From Octopus vulgaris (lineage: Eukaryota), in assembly GCA_951406725.2 (NCBI GenBank), contig OX597821.1, positions 47,988,001 to 48,052,000 on the forward strand: 64,000 nt of DNA, written 5' to 3'. Shown one piece after another: positions 39,859 to 54,590 of the stretch. How positions within the stretch are numbered: the first letter of the stretch is position 1; each line of letters begins with the position of its first letter. Made by a program: the position numbers and the translations under genes. Under the pieces are notes generated by a model that saw only the letters and a list, made by a program, of their open reading frames with translations, had not been told where the DNA came from and searched no databases.

Positions 39859-41689
39859 GGTCTTATTGAAATTCTTCTGAGAGCTGGGATCTACAGCCTT
39901 GAAACCTGCATCCTTCATCTTCTTCTCTCTGAATTGGGCAGGTGATCTGGATGCTAGTAATTAGCTCCCAAAGACAGACAGACTTCTTCAGCAAGAGTGA
40001 GACTGGCCTCATAGACGTCCAAAATTTTGTTTTCAGGATCATCTCAGGTGGTCTCCCATTTTATGCGATCACTCTCTTGAGTGGCTGGAAGTCATGGCTA
40101 TTGATCAGAAAGCATCGAAGTTTATGTGGGACGTTAGAGTATAGTGCTTTGAATTTGAATGCAGAGGACTGCATGAAGTGAAGAAGAGATGTTGTCATCA
40201 ACTACCTGTGCCTATTGTTCAGATTCCCTTTCAGTGCCCCATCGTCACAGGATCTGCCTATCTTATATTGGTCTTGCCAGCCATGTCCAGTCTCATAAGA
40301 GGCAATGTGCCAGAAATGGAGAAAGTTGAGTGTCCAGGGTTAACACTGTCATCACCTTTGTTGGACCATCATACACAAGTAATGCATGAGTGTGTGTGTG
40401 TGTGTGCATGTGTGCACATGTTTGTGCGTGTGTGCATGTGTATGTGTGTGTGTTTATGTATGTATTTGTGTGGAAGTTTTCTGCATGCCCATTACTATTG
40501 TTGTTGTTTGGTAGATTTAATCTGGTCATCTGGTTTAACAGCACCACCTGGCCCATAGGTGTCTTTAGTGGAATGTACTATGTTACAAGCATTTAGATCA
40601 GGTCTTTAATCCTCCCTTTGTCAAAGACCCTGTAAAGGGCTATAATGCTGATCTTGCTTTTCAGTTTATTACAACGATTACCCCAACTTCAGTCTCTTCT
40701 ATTTACCAAAAGAGCTTTCTGCCTGACCAAGACATCAATATGTAACACATGCACACAAACATTTATATGTTTACTTATTAAATCTCTAAACACTTTCAAG
40801 AATATGTCGTCTTTATTAAATTTTTTCTTTGGTTTCATTGTTTTAGGGTTGCATTTTCATTCCCTTACCCCTGATCCTTTTATACTCGCTCTCACAAGTG
40901 ACCACTTTATTACTATCTCCGCAAACACCATCTCACAAATAAGAGTATATTGCTGTCATCATACACCACCCTTTCTCATTTCTTTGGATAAAATTACACC
41001 TCAAACTTTTCTTTAGCTCTGAGGGCCATTTTAAGTTAAAAAACAAACACATTCATTACATTCTATAAAGTCGTTGGAATTAGCAATGACATCCAGACAT
41101 TGGAACAGAACATGGTGCTCTGACTTTTCAGATCTAGCCAAACCATCTAACCCATTCCAGCACAGAGAATGGTCATTAAATGATTATGTATGTTTATACC
41201 AATGTGTTCAAGTGTATGAATGTTTATGCATTTGTTTTTTGTGTGTCTTTACAGTGACACTGAGTGAAACAGGGATGTTGTTTACCCTCCCTGTATATAA
41301 TGCCTTCAATAGCACAGTTTTAATGTTTGGACACAAACATCATCATCATCGTCGTTTAGCGTCCGTTTTCCATGCTAGCATGGGTTGGACGGTTCTTCTG
41401 GTGTCTGTGAAGCCAGAAGGCTTCATCAGGCCCAGTCAAATCTGGCAGTGTTTCTACGGCTGGATGCCCTTCCTAACGCCTAGAACACTAGGAGAAAATA
41501 TATGGTACAAGGGTTGGCAACAACAAGGGCTTCCAATTGTAGAATATTGCTTCAATAAGTTTGGTCAAATCAAACCAGCATGGGTGAAAGAAAAATGGAC
41601 ATAAAATCAGTAACATTGTTGATGATACTGATGATGTTGATGATAATACATACACACATATGAGAATTAGACTCCATCACAGGTGATGC

Positions 41690-42350
41690 AGTTGTGCCAT
41701 CATTGAACTCAACTTTCAAAATCTTTCTGAAAATTTCTGGTGTGCACCCTTGTCCCTACTTCCTCACAACCACTTTCTCCAAGATTACTAGATCTGACCA
41801 GTGTATTTGCTGGTTCCCTGCTTTGTTAACAAAAATAAGTGTGTTCATGCATTGTCATGATGGATATGGGTTGTTTTTGAGACTTTTGTCTAGTGTCTCC
41901 CTCTTAAGAGCTTCTCTCAGCACTTTGAGTGCCTTAATGTACTTCTTATTGTTCATGGAACAAACACTTTCCAAAGAGATTGATAACCTTGTCATCACAC
42001 AAAAAATAGTCATCATATCTTTCTATGCTTTTGAATTTCTTAGGCATTAGAGAAGAGGTGTGATGCCATTTCATGAACTAAAATTTTCTGGATCATAAAG
42101 ATATGACCAAGTTTCATCCCCTGTCACCAGGTTAGAAGAACACTTTAACCATATTGAAGAAACTTCCAGCCTTCTCTCTTTCAGATCAAATGCCAACTGT
42201 TGAGATACTCACTTTGCACACATTTTCCGGTACCCTAAATCTTTTACTATCTTTTGTAATGCATTGCAGTCAGAGTCCAGTTGTGCACAAACCTCACAGA
42301 TTGTGATTCATCTGTTTGCAGAGATCATTTCATACACTTGATGGCTATTC
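41690..42350 (-). mobile_element. Decayed mariner remnant
   Basis: Contains gtttcatcccctgtcac (minus strand VTGDETW) within a stop-ridden transposase-like region. Confidence 0.5.
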
Positions 42351-42472
42351 ATGTCAGCAGTTGCAGCTGATGGACCCCTACTGTGTGGTTTGCCTTCAAT
42401 GCTGGTTTCCCCTTCTTTAAATTCCATCCCTCCACATACATTGTTCTTGTCAATAGTGTAATCTCCATAAAC

Positions 42473-42673
42473 CAGTGCTTTTCAACCTTTTTGCTGGAGC
42501 GGAACCCCAAGGAAACATTCCACTGGCTCGAGGAACCCCTGTGCAATAATTTAATAGTCTTATGCACACATATCTGCACAGGAGACTTAAAAATTACTGC
42601 CGATTTTAGCAGTTTTGTAACTTCTTGCAGAACGCCTGGACTGTACTGGTGGAACCCTGGTTGAAAACCACTA
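42473..42673. mobile_element. hAT-family MITE with 8-bp TSD
   Basis: ccataaac|CAGTGCTTTTCAACC ... GGTTGAAAACCACTA|ccataaac. Confidence 0.9.
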
Positions 42674-43914
42674 CCATAAACTACTTATAGCCATCGTCTG
42701 TGAAAATGAGACAGCTTACACTCCTCCTTCATCAAGAACTCGATGACAGCATGTTGCTTCTGTTTGGAATCCATTATTTGTCTGTAATGAAGAGGAAGAA
42801 GAATTACTCTTCCAACCCGTACAGTTTGAACAGCTTATGTCAGTTAATAAAGAAAGTTACACTCAATTTTGCATTACTTTTGGTACCATCCTTATGTGGG
42901 TGTGTGGGTATGTGCATAGACGTGTGTGTATGCATGCACATGTGTGTGTGTGTGTTATGAGAAAAATGAAAGAATAAGATTATAAACTCCAGCAAAAACT
43001 AGCCCACCTTCAAAACAAGAAAATACCAGAGAGGCAGCTGAGAAGGCATTCTCTAATATCTTTCTAATTTCCGATTCCTGACAACTTCAGTGTTATAACA
43101 AACAGCCAATATATTGGCCAAGAAAAGGCCAACACCAATAAAACAAAAAGGAAAAAAGACTGAACCAATAAGAAGACCTTAATCATTATCAGCATTAGTA
43201 CCATCATCATCATCATCACCACCACCAACAGAAGCAGCGCACAACAATCAACAAAACAAAAAATATATTTCCCACAAAAAAACATGTCACAGTGGAGGGT
43301 TAAAATACCCAAAAATATATAAAGAACCATAAAAACACACAGCTAGAAAGTAAAAAAGAAAGTAAAAAAATGAAGAAAAATCAATCAGAAAAAGGAATTG
43401 GAGTATCAATCAAGTTAGCTAAATTTCCGTTATGTCGTGTTATTATTGATTTTTGTAATTGTCTCAAGTGTTGAAATTTTCCAAACAGTTATTCCACCAC
43501 CACTCCCACAACCACCATCACAACCACTCCACTCTCCTCCTCCCACCTTTAATTTGTCTTATAATTTTTTGTTCTCTTTTTATATTTTTGTTCTTTTTGT
43601 ATTTCCTATTCATATATGTTATTTTTTGTTTGTTTAAAAATTTTGTTTTTTCTGATATTGTCAATGGAAAATATTTTTTTGTATATTTTGCAAACTGTTT
43701 CTTATCCTCTTAGTCTCAGCATCTCTATCTCCCCCTTCTCTTTCTCTCTCTCTCTCTCGTACTTTCCTCTTAACCTATCTTTTTTATTTTTTCTTCTCAT
43801 CCTTTTTTCTTCATTGTTCTGCCTCCTTCCCTCTCCCTCTCTCTAATCCGACTTTTCTTCTATGCCTTTCAATCACTGACATACAAAATGATGAATTCAA
43901 ACGCCCTTCTTTAT

Positions 43915-44133
<219 letters not shown>

Positions 44134-44493
44134 TTAAGCACACACACATGTATTCATAGCAGCATGATACATAAATATCACTTCATTTCACCAAATAACA
44201 TCCATTCCATAATCTTGAAATCTTTACACATCCTACAGTGATGTACCAGCCACCACCACCACCACCACTACGATCATTAGCAGTAGTACCACCACAACCA
44301 CCACTGCTACCAATAACACCAACACTACTCCAAACATCAACAGCGCCACCAGACTCTGTTCACTGATAAAGGATTCTTTCATCATTGTTTTCATTCACAT
44401 TGAACGTTTTTCAAGACAAACAGAGGAAAAAGGTATCAGCTCTAATATTACTACTCTGTCAATCAATCAATCAATATATACATACATACAAAC

Positions 44494-44589
<96 letters not shown>

Positions 44590-44636
44590 CAGATATATGA
44601 ATGCATCTTTTCCTGACTTATGAACTCTTTGACAGC

Positions 44637-44675
<39 letters not shown>

Positions 44676-44759
44676 TATATAACAAAACCTAAGTGATTGC
44701 TTGCAAGATATTTAGTTATGCCTTAGCAACATCATCTTATGCAGATTTTAATAAGATTA

Positions 44760-45825
44760 TCATCATAATTTAATGTCTGTTGTCCATTCTGGCATAGGTT
44801 GGATGGTTTGACTGGGCTGGACGGCTGGAAGGCTTCACCAGACTCCAGTCTGATTCGGCATGGTTTTCTATGGTTGGATGCACTTCCTAACACCAATCGC
44901 TCTGAGAGGGTGCTTTTACATGCCTCCAGCACAGGTGCCAATTTGCGTGACACTGGTATCTGTCACAACTGTGATTTTGCTCAGCTTGATGGGTCTTATT
45001 CACAAGCATGACATACTGCCAAAAGTCTTAGTCATTGCCTCCATAAGGCCCAACACTCGAAAAGAACTCAACCAGTTTGCCTCCGTGAAGTCCAACACTC
45101 AAAAGGAATTCAGCCATTTTGCCTCTGTGAGGCCTAACACTTGAAAGGAACTCAGCTACTTTGCCTCTATGAGACCTAACATGCAAAAGATGTTCTTTAC
45201 ATGCCACCAGCATGGGTGCATTGGCTTGAGAGGGCCTCTCAAGCACAGCACATCACCAAAGGTCTCAGCCACCAGTCATTGACTCTGTAAGGCTCAAATT
45301 TCCAAAGATTCTGCTTCACCACCTCATCCCATGTTTTCCTGGGTCTACCTCTACCACAGGTTCCCTCCACAGTTAGAGTGTGACACTTCTTTACACAGTT
45401 GTCCACATCCATATGCATCACATGACCATACCAGCACTGTCGTCTCTCTTGCACACCACATTTGATACCTCTTATACCCAACTTTTCTCTCAAGATGCTT
45501 ACACTCTGTCAAACAAGCACACTGGCATTGCACATTCAGCAAAGCATACTGGCTTCATTTCTTTCAAGCCTACACATGTTCTTAGCTGTCGTAGCCCATG
45601 TTTCACTGCCATGAAGCACAGCTGTTTGCACACAGACATCATACACTCTGCCTTTCACTCTGAGAGAGAGGCTCTTTGTTTCCAGCTGAGGTAGGAGCTC
45701 TCTGGACTTTGCCCAGCTTAATCTTATTCTCATAGCTATGCACTTGGAGCATTCACCTCCACTACTACCTTGGTTACCTAGGTAATGGAAGCTATCTACT
45801 TCCTGTAGCTTGTCCCCGTCTCCCA
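44760..45825 (-). mobile_element. RTE LINE 3' fragment with 3' UTR (contains ~40-bp tandem repeats at 45035-45185)
   Basis: LQEVDSFHYLG...KGRVYDVCVQTAVLHGSETW...WYGHVMHMD...GRGRPRKTW. Confidence 0.88.
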
Positions 45826-45924
45826 CCAGCAGTTGATGGAGTCTATTTTCTGCACATTTTATGAAGTAATTATTAGTTACTAAATGTAAATTACACAATT
45901 GAGGTTTATCAAATCATCAGAGAT

Positions 45925-46144
45925 ACTCTTTACTCTTACTTGTTTGCCATTTGACAGTGGCCATGCTGGAGCACTGCCTTTTGTTGAGGAAATCGACTCC
46001 AGGACTTATTCTTTGTAAGCCTAGTACTTATTCTATCGGTCTCTTTTGCCGAACCGCTACATTACGGGGACGTAGACACACTAACATCGGTTGTCAAGCG
46101 AAGTTGGGGGTACTAACACAGACACACAAACGTATACACGCACA

Positions 46145-46202
<58 letters not shown>

Positions 46203-46372
46203 CATATATACGATGGACTTCTTTCAGTTTCTGTCCACTAAATCCACTCACAAGGCTTTGGTCGGCCCAAGGCTATAGAAGAAGACACTTACCCAAGGTG
46301 CCACATAGTGGGACTGAACCCGGAGCCATGTGGCTCATAAGCAAGCTACTTACCACACACCCACTCCTATGC
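45925..46372 (-). mobile_element. SINE S1, near-complete
   Basis: Same consensus as 34838-35230. Confidence 0.88.
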
Positions 46373-46489
46373 CTGTGTAACTTTTATACAAAACATTCTT
46401 AGATTGTTGAAATGTTGACAGAATCAGTTGTGGTAACTTACATAATGTAACTAATAATCCCTTTATGTTAATGAAATGTATGTACAATG

Positions 46490-47110
46490 TGTAACTAGAT
46501 ATCTTGGGAACAATCTCACATGTACTCTGTGAAACACTTGAATCCTAAATTTTTAAATAAACGTTTTGCAAAACTCTTGAAACAGTTGCAATATTTGAAG
46601 AAAGATTTTCACATCAAAAGAAATAATACAGGTAATTAACTATGGAGGTCTTTATTTGGGATATGTGAAATAACTGAATAGGGAACAACCAAAAGATTCA
46701 AGAATGGGATAGAATTAAATTAAATACAAATTGCAAACCCCAAAAAATCTTACTTACTGTCCATAATGCAATGAGAATTATATCAACCAAACAAGATCAA
46801 AATTCATATCTCATGTTAGAGTACATAAACAAATAATGAAAAATTCATCTCTTAGAAATGTTCCATGTTGTGAACATCTAGAAATTTGTGCAAATAGGAT
46901 ATTCAAAATATTTCCCATTTTCAAAATAAAGAAATAAATCAGGCAATTGCAAAAAGCAAAAGAAGAACACTCTATAAGAATTCTTAATTTGGAGCTAAGC
47001 CAAAAATAATCAACATATTTCCTAAATCAAATTTCACATAATGTTTGTTGCAAAAACTAGACAGTGAAAGCACTTACTCCCAAGACAGAAACTCCCTACC
47101 AAAACGTTCA
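46490..47110 (+). mobile_element. Heavily decayed Penelope-like GIY-YIG remnant
   Basis: Scattered frames resembling YVI..., LTVH, IFPF.K and KE..F...KP; many stops. Confidence 0.3.
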
Positions 47111-47127
47111 TGTCATTCTGTTTTTAT

Positions 47128-47535
47128 AGGTGTGGCTGTGTGGTAAGAAGGTTGCTTCCCAACCACATGATTCTGGGTTCAGTCCCACTGCGTGGCACTT
47201 TGGGCAAGTGTCTTCTACTTTAGCCTTGGGCCAACCAAAGCCTTGTGAGAGGATTTGGTAGATGGAAACTCAAAGATGCCTACTGTTATATATATATATA
47301 TATACATGTATATATATGTATGTATATGTATGTATATGTTTGTATGTCTGTGTTTGTCCCCCCCCCCACCACCATCGCTCGACAGCCGTTGTTGGTGTGT
47401 TTATGTCCCTGTAACAAAAGAGACCGATAGAATAAGTACTAGGTTTACAAAAAATAAGTCCTGGAGTCAATTCATCTGAGTAAAAGTGGTGCTCCAGCAT
47501 GGTAACAGTCAAATTACTGAAACCAGTAAAAGAAA
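47128..47535 (+). mobile_element. SINE S1
   Basis: gtgtggctgtgtggtaagaag...gggttcagtcccactgcgtggcactttgggcaagtgtcttc. Confidence 0.88.
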
Positions 47536-50500
47536 AAGAAAGAATTAAAATACTTTTATTCTAAGAAATTTTATTTTTGTTTGTTTGTAGCAGGTCATTT
47601 TTTCTATCAGCAGTCAAATATGTTTATTCGCAGTGTGTTTTCTATCTATGCATTTGTCTGTTTTAGTTTAAACAAACTTAACATTTTTTGAAAATCTCTA
47701 TGTTTACTAAAGTCTTTGCTGCAATATTTCTCTTTGTATATTTGTTCTCTTTCCTTCACAGCTTCCATATCTCACATTTCTTGTGCATTCGGATATGGTA
47801 CTGCTTTTTAGTGTGCATCTGATAATTCAGTGTTGCTTAATTTGTTTTTACTTTTGATGTTTTCATTAAAAGATAAGTCTTTCTATTTAATGTAACTTTT
47901 TGAGAGGATCCCATCTTGGAGAATCAAGTTGCTATTTTTCTCTGTTTGATCTCAATGGGTTCACAGTGGAAAGTCATCATTGTTTTTTATGCTTACTAAT
48001 TTTATCAACAGCGATTGTGTAGCATATGTGTTTTATTTCAAGATATTTAATTTTGCTTGCATTTGAAAGTTCATTCTATTTTCTTTAGTTAGTTTCAGAC
48101 ACTTTGGTGTGTGCATGCATGTGTGTGTGTGTGTGTGTGTGCATATGTGCATGTGTGCATGCATGAGTGAGTGAGTGATATATAGAGAGAGAGGGTGCTT
48201 GTGTATCTGAGAGTGTCTGCATGTTGTATACAAATTATATTGTATATGAAATGATACATATGGACAGTATTTACTTTGCTGTTTCATGTTTTCTCATATT
48301 CAATAGTCCACACAACTATTTTGTTTATCTTGTGTCTCCAATTCCTTTGACATACTTGTTATATGCCATTTCAACAGCATATTTCATGCTATATTTAGGA
48401 ACAAAAAAGAGGAGATAACTAGTTTGAGAGGAGAAAATTGAGAAAACTGTGTACAGCTATTTCTCCTGGCCACCAGTAGTCAAGGGCAATTCCATCTTTC
48501 TAAGGTGCCTTCCAAATTGTTGGGCTTGCTAATAGCAGCAGTTGTCTTATTAGCATTAGTGTCTGACTATTCTTTGACTCTCTGTATGTTTGTATTAGTT
48601 CTGTTTTTTTTTTTTTTTTAATACATATTGCTTTTTTTGTTTTGTTGTGTTTCTCTCTAAGATCTTATTTCACAAATTTTTGACTTCTTTAATTGGAGTG
48701 GTCCATTAAAGGTTATTTTTTACTTGCCCACCTTATAGTACTACTACTGCTCCTATCTGTTAGGCTTTTATAATGTTAGTATAAATGTCAGTATATGTAA
48801 GTGCCAACAACATTACATCTTTAGATTTATTCTCTTTTAGCTAAGACTGGTTAACCAGAAATAATGTAGTTATTGTTTCTGTAGTTTATCTGCAGCCTCT
48901 GTATACCGGTTCATTGCATACTTTTGATGGTTACTTTTAAAGAAATACTTTGATCATGAGTCACAATCAAAAATTCCCTGCATCTCAGCTTGAGTGTGGA
49001 TGATCACTGAAAGTGGATGGAACTTGCAGAAGAGAGAGAGAGATCCAGGAAGACATGGGATGAAATATTTAACACCAATCTCAAGATGCTGAACTTTACA
49101 AAGGAGATGACAATGAACTGAGATATCTTGCACTTTACTGTACACAAGAAAACCCATCCACCACAGCAGAATTGAGATCCTAAAACCACCTTGGTCTGTA
49201 AGGGGCTCTGATCCACCTCAACCTCCATCCTGTCTGTCCCATCAACCTCCCTCCACACACGCTTCATCCCTTAACACTCTCATTGTTCTCTTCCACTTAC
49301 TGTCTCCACCAGTAACTTCCTTTCTATACCTTCTCTCCTTTGTGTTGGTCTCCATCATTAACACTTCACTTACCTACTATCACCCTCAATGCCCTTCACA
49401 TGCCTACTGCAACCCCCACCCCTGTACCTTTCTTATATTTCTTTCCATGATTTGCTAGTCACCTCAATCCTGCCCTCTCATCTAAGGTAACACCTCACCT
49501 ATTCTTACTACCCTCAATGTCACTCGAGGCATGTCCCAACATCATCATCATCTCTCACACAATCCCTCTCTTTATCTTTATCTCTAATTCACTCTCCTTT
49601 CTTTTCCAAATGGGATACCCATCTATGACAGCGAGACACCTATCTCTGTCACTCTATACTTCTAACCTTTGCACTGGCAAAAGGCACACCCCTTCAATAC
49701 TACTCCCCACTCCAGTTGAGTGGTTTTTGTTTTGCAAGGTGCTTAGTGACACTGTCAGTACTGGTGCCACAAAAAATGCACCCAGTACACTCTAAAGTGG
49801 TTGGCACTAGGAATGGCATCCAGCTATAACAATCAGACAATGGAACTCAGTGTGACCAGTCCCTGTCAAACTGGCCAACCCATGCCAGCACAGAAAACAG
49901 AAGTAAAATTTCGAGGAATTGACCATCTAGGTACGCTTCTTGCTGCCAACTTACAATGACATTCTGCAACACCAATTTTTGCTTAGTTCCACAGTTTCCA
50001 TTTTCTTCATAGCTATTTCTCTATGCAGTCTCTGTTTTGTATTTGTTGGCTTATTTGAACATAGAAAAGCATTTTGTTTGGTTCATATTTCTTGGCTATT
50101 TGCATTAATTTCTCATTGTTCTTTATTGGATATTTTTATAATCCAACTGAGGATATTTTATACAAGTATTTTAGTTTCATTATGCCTTTACCTCTATATT
50201 CATGGTCAATATCTTTTTGTGTCAGATTTTGTATTGTTTATTTTAAATGCTGTCATTCTCTTTCTGTTTTTTTTTTCTCTCCAGTTTCATGAATTCATTT
50301 AAGTCCAGTTGAGAATATAATAACCATAATTTATTACTGGAACAACAATAAGTTATAAAATAGATGCCTATTACCATTTTTGCATTTTATTGCATTCAGT
50401 ATAAATCTAATGTGTCTATAATTTTCTTTATTAATTTTTCTTCTCATTTTTGTGTGTTTTACACTGTCAGTTTGTTGATTCTTAACTATTTACATGTCTG

Positions 50501-50893
50501 TACTGGGCCAAATTCTTTTATCACTCAGTGGAATATTTTTATGTGATTTAACACCAAAGACTAATTAACTAAATTTGAAAATAGCAATAATAATGTTCAA
50601 TAGTTCGATAAATGATCAGCAACACCTGGAACTAGAGATTACAAGACAGAAAACATGTTTCTCATTGTTGAAAAATAGTTTTTACATTCAAGGTATGATG
50701 AGAGACATTTTCCAGAAATATCTTTATATATTTACACACACACACACACACATACACAATAATAATTCATTTTTAGAATATTTATATGCTATATTTATAG
50801 CTTAATCAACTTCAAGTTAACAGTTCCAAGATAGAAATATTTTATGTTCTCTTGAAGTATCTAAATTTTTATGTCAGTAAAATAAATGTGAGT

Positions 50894-50953
<60 letters not shown>

Positions 50954-51456
50954 ACACATGTACTCACATGCTAAAATCTTAAGTATGCAGTACAAAATAC
51001 ATACCCACCTCTCTTTGAGCCCTACCAATAATAAAAGACTACGAAACTTGGAGGATGTTTAAAATAGTTGCTTAATTATTTCTCTCTACAACTTTGTCTG
51101 CCAACTCAGTTAAAAGCCATGTTATTTTCTGTGTTATATAAATAAAAGAAACATCTTTTAATCACCTCCTGCTGCAAACATTCAGGCCAGATGTCCAGGC
51201 TGAGAGTTATTTCCTCCCTTCCAGCCACCACTCATAATGGTCCAGAGAAAAGATGATGTGCATTCTATGTACTCCTCCCCCATTACAAAACCAAAATTTT
51301 TGTACCTGAATAATAAAAAAATTCAAAAATACTTTTTATCAGAAAGGAATTTACACCTACAATTATTGCCAGTATTTTAAATGATACCAATGAATATGGA
51401 CATACAGACAGACATTTGGTAAGCTATTTCAAATTGTAAAAATGACTTTAATATAA

Positions 51457-51625
51457 ACTAGCAGTATCACCCGGCGTTGCTCGGGTTAGTTTCGACCCTT
51501 TAGAATTGGAATTTTTGAAAAGTAAAAATTTTGCATTATGTAGCTTGTTATTCTCTTTAAGTGAACATTTTTATGGTTGAAATACACTGAAAAATGGCGA
51601 CACAGCAGTCAAAACTTTGTAAATA
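51457..51625 (+). mobile_element. Helitron-like (HINE-type) terminal piece
   Basis: actagcagtatcacccggcgttgctcggg is nearly identical to the terminus of the element ending at 61865. Confidence 0.6.
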
Positions 51626-51629
51626 ATTT

Positions 51630-52350
51630 CGATTTCAATTTCACTTGCCTCAACAGGTCTTCACAAGCAGAGTTTAGTGTCCAATGAAGGAAAGGTATGC
51701 ATAAGTGGGCTGGTTACACCCCTGGCATAGGCCGCAAGGTTATGGTCTCATTTAGCTTGCCGAGTCTTCTCAAGCACAGCATATTTCCAAAAGTCTCAGT
51801 CACTAGTCATTGCCTCGGTGAGACCTAATGTTCAAAGGTCGTGCTTCACCACTTCCTCTCAGATCTTCCTGGGTCTACCTCTTCTACAGGTTCCCTCAAC
51901 TGCTAGGGTGTGGCACTTTTTCACACAGCTATCCTCATCCATTCTTGCCACATGACCATACCAGCGCAGTTGTCTCTCTTGCACACCACATCTAATGCTT
52001 CTTAGGTACAACTTTTCTCTTAAGGTACCTACACTCTGTCGAGTATGCACACTGACATTACACATCCATCGGATCATACTGGCTTCATTCCTTGCGAGCT
52101 TACACATGTTCTCAGCAGTCACGGCCCATGTTTCACTGCCATGTAGCATGGCTTTTCGTACACATGCGTCATACAGTCTACCTTTTACTTGGAGCGAGAG
52201 GCCCTTTGTCACCAGTAGAGGTAAGAGCTCTCTGAACTTTGCCCAGGTTATTCTTATTCTAGCAGCTACACTTTCACCGGACCCTCCCCCGCTACTGACG
52301 TGGTCAACTAGGTAACAGAAACTATCAACTTCTTCTAGTTTGTCTCCCTA
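51630..52350 (-). mobile_element. RTE LINE 3' fragment
   Basis: TKGLSLQVKGRLYDACVRKAMLHGSETWAV...WYGHVARMDEDSCVKKC...GRPRK. Confidence 0.9.
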
Positions 52351-52367
52351 GAATGTGGCAAAAGTTA

Positions 52368-52425
<58 letters not shown>

Positions 52426-52449
52426 CTATATATATATATATATATATAT

Positions 52450-52752
52450 ATACTGTTGTGTCTGGGGAGAGTCACTCTCTTCTGGTGCTGGTAAAACTTC
52501 CCCCCCCCATTCCTCTAAAATTCCTGCCGCATCCTGCACCCCTTTCAATAGTTTTGAGAATCAAAGCTATTGAAAAGGTTGCAAGATGCAACAAAAATTT
52601 TAGAAAAATGAAAAAGAAGTGGAAACTCCACCAGTGAGCGTATTAAACCACAAGGCACCAAAAGAGAATGACTCTCCCCAGACACAACAGTATATGCTTC
52701 AACACACAAACTCACATAAAGAATCTTGCCAACCAAATCCAAAAACGAAATA
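52450..52752. mobile_element. Fold-back insert with one-sided extension
   Basis: atactgttgtgtctggggagagtcactctcttctggtgc (52450-52488) is inverted at 52655-52694; ~58 bp extra on the right; TA flanks. Confidence 0.65.
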
Positions 52753-52754
52753 TA

Positions 52755-53303
52755 TTGGGTTGTCCAGAAAGTTCGTGCCGATTTTTAAAGGAAAGAAAAA
52801 GGTCAATAAATACTTGCCATTACATTTTTAATCAACCAAATATGAACCATTTTGTAGCACAATGTGTCTCCATCTTTCCTTTAACTTGAAAATACCCTCT
52901 TCCCAGAATTGAGGTGGTTTCATGGCAAAGAATTCATCAAGGTATCTTTTTACGTCATCCAAGGAATTGAAATTTTTACCATTAAGACTATTCTACAGAG
53001 ACCTGAATAAGTGGAAATCCGAAGGCGCAATATCTGGTGAATATGGAGGGTGGGGTAACACATTCCAGCTGAGCTGCAGCAATTTTTGTCAAGTACCAAA
53101 AATGAAATTTCTTATCTTCCATTTTAAAGGGTTACAGAATTAACACAGGTTATAGGAACATAAACCTTCTTCTACGAAAAGATAGCTTAAACTGTGCTCT
53201 AAATGGAGGTGTAGTCAAATCCTATTTTATGGACTCAAGCATGTTCTAAATAAGTCGAAAGGTAAGCTACTATAAATTGGCACAAACTTTCCAGACAACC
53301 CAA
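52755..53303 (-). mobile_element. Internally deleted mariner
   Basis: TA|TTGGGTTGTCCAGAAAGTTCGTGCCGATTT ... AAATTGGCACAAACTTTCCAGACAACCCAA|TA; minus strand HPPYSPDIAPSDFHLFRSL. Confidence 0.9.
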
Positions 53304-53325
53304 TATATATATATATACATATATA

Positions 53326-53546
53326 CGGGGGGGGGGGGGCTGAAAAGTTCCTGGCTTTGGGCAAAAGGAAACACAGATGGATCAGTTACTTAAGATTTTA
53401 TTCAGCATATTCCATTCCCAGACTCGCATGCTCACTGCAGTGGCCCTTCAATTTTTCCAGTCCCTGCAAAAGAACTCAGAAGGTTGGGACTCCAACCACA
53501 CCTTTCATGACACCCTTAAAGTCAGGAACTTTTCAGTACCTCTTGT
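53326..53546. mobile_element. Mariner-type MITE
   Basis: gggctgaaaagttcctggctt ... aagtcaggaacttttcagtacc inverted ends in TA context. Confidence 0.65.
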
Positions 53547-53709
53547 GTATATATGTTCTTTTATTCTTTAACTTGTTTCAGTCATTTGACTGTGGCCATG
53601 CTTTTAGTCGAGCAAATCAACCCCAGGACTTATTCTTTGTAAGCCTAGTACTTATTACATCGGTCTCCCTTGCCAAACCACTAAACACACCAACATCAGT
53701 TGTTAATCG

Positions 53710-54590
53710 ATACAATGTAATTATTCTTTTTCATTCCAGGAGCCATTATATTAAACATTTGCAAAGAGTAACCATGCCATGCACAAAAAATTCAGCAAAA
53801 CTGTCAGATTTTCAAAGAGGTCATATTGTTGGGCAATCTGAGGCTGGTCTTAGCCAGTGAAAAGTTGCCAAAAATCTTCAAATTCCTTTTGCTACTGTAA
53901 ATAGAATTATAGTGCAATTTAAAAGCCAAGGAAAGAATCAACAGATTCTCGTCCCGACTGACCTGGGCCCTTAGAAAGGGTCAGGGTTAGGGTTAGTGGA
54001 AAACGAACCCCGTTCAAAGGCTTCTGATATTGCAAAACAGCTAGAAGTTAGTCCAAGAACGTGTGTTATATATCTGCATAAGCTTGGATATTATGGAAGA
54101 GCCACTAGAAGAAAACCTCTCCTTCAACCAATTATCATGAAAAGAAAGAAATGAGGACACGCCATAAAAATCCAGTTCATTTTAGGATAGAGTGATTTTC
54201 TCAGATGAACCCAGATTTGCATTATTTTCAGACAGTAGACGTGTTTGGGCATGGAGGCTTCCCAATCAAGAATTTGATTTGAAACAACTCCAACCAACTG
54301 AGAAACATGGCGGTATCTCTGTAATGGTACGGGGAGCTGTCACCAGCAATGGTCATTCTGAGCTGATTGAATGTGTTGGAACCATAAACTCTGTAAAATA
54401 CATCGAAATACTTAAGCAAGGACTACTTCTGATGTATTCACATAATAACATGTCAATTGAAAATCTTTGGAGTATATGAGATAGAGCTATACGAAAACAC
54501 GACACAAACCTAAAGCTAAAGGTGAATTCTTTTGATTGTTGCATGAAAAGTGGGCAGAAATTCCACTAAGCTCAATGCCGAAAAGACGCA
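53710..54590 (+). mobile_element. Tc1-like transposase remnant
   Basis: LSDFQRGHIVGQ, GYYGRATRRKPLL, IFSDEPRF, IENLWS; stops and a deletion. Confidence 0.85.

Noticed and set aside
41074-41604. 176-aa ORF
   Set aside because: Chimeric read across an antisense RTE tail (41338-41480) and other repeat debris
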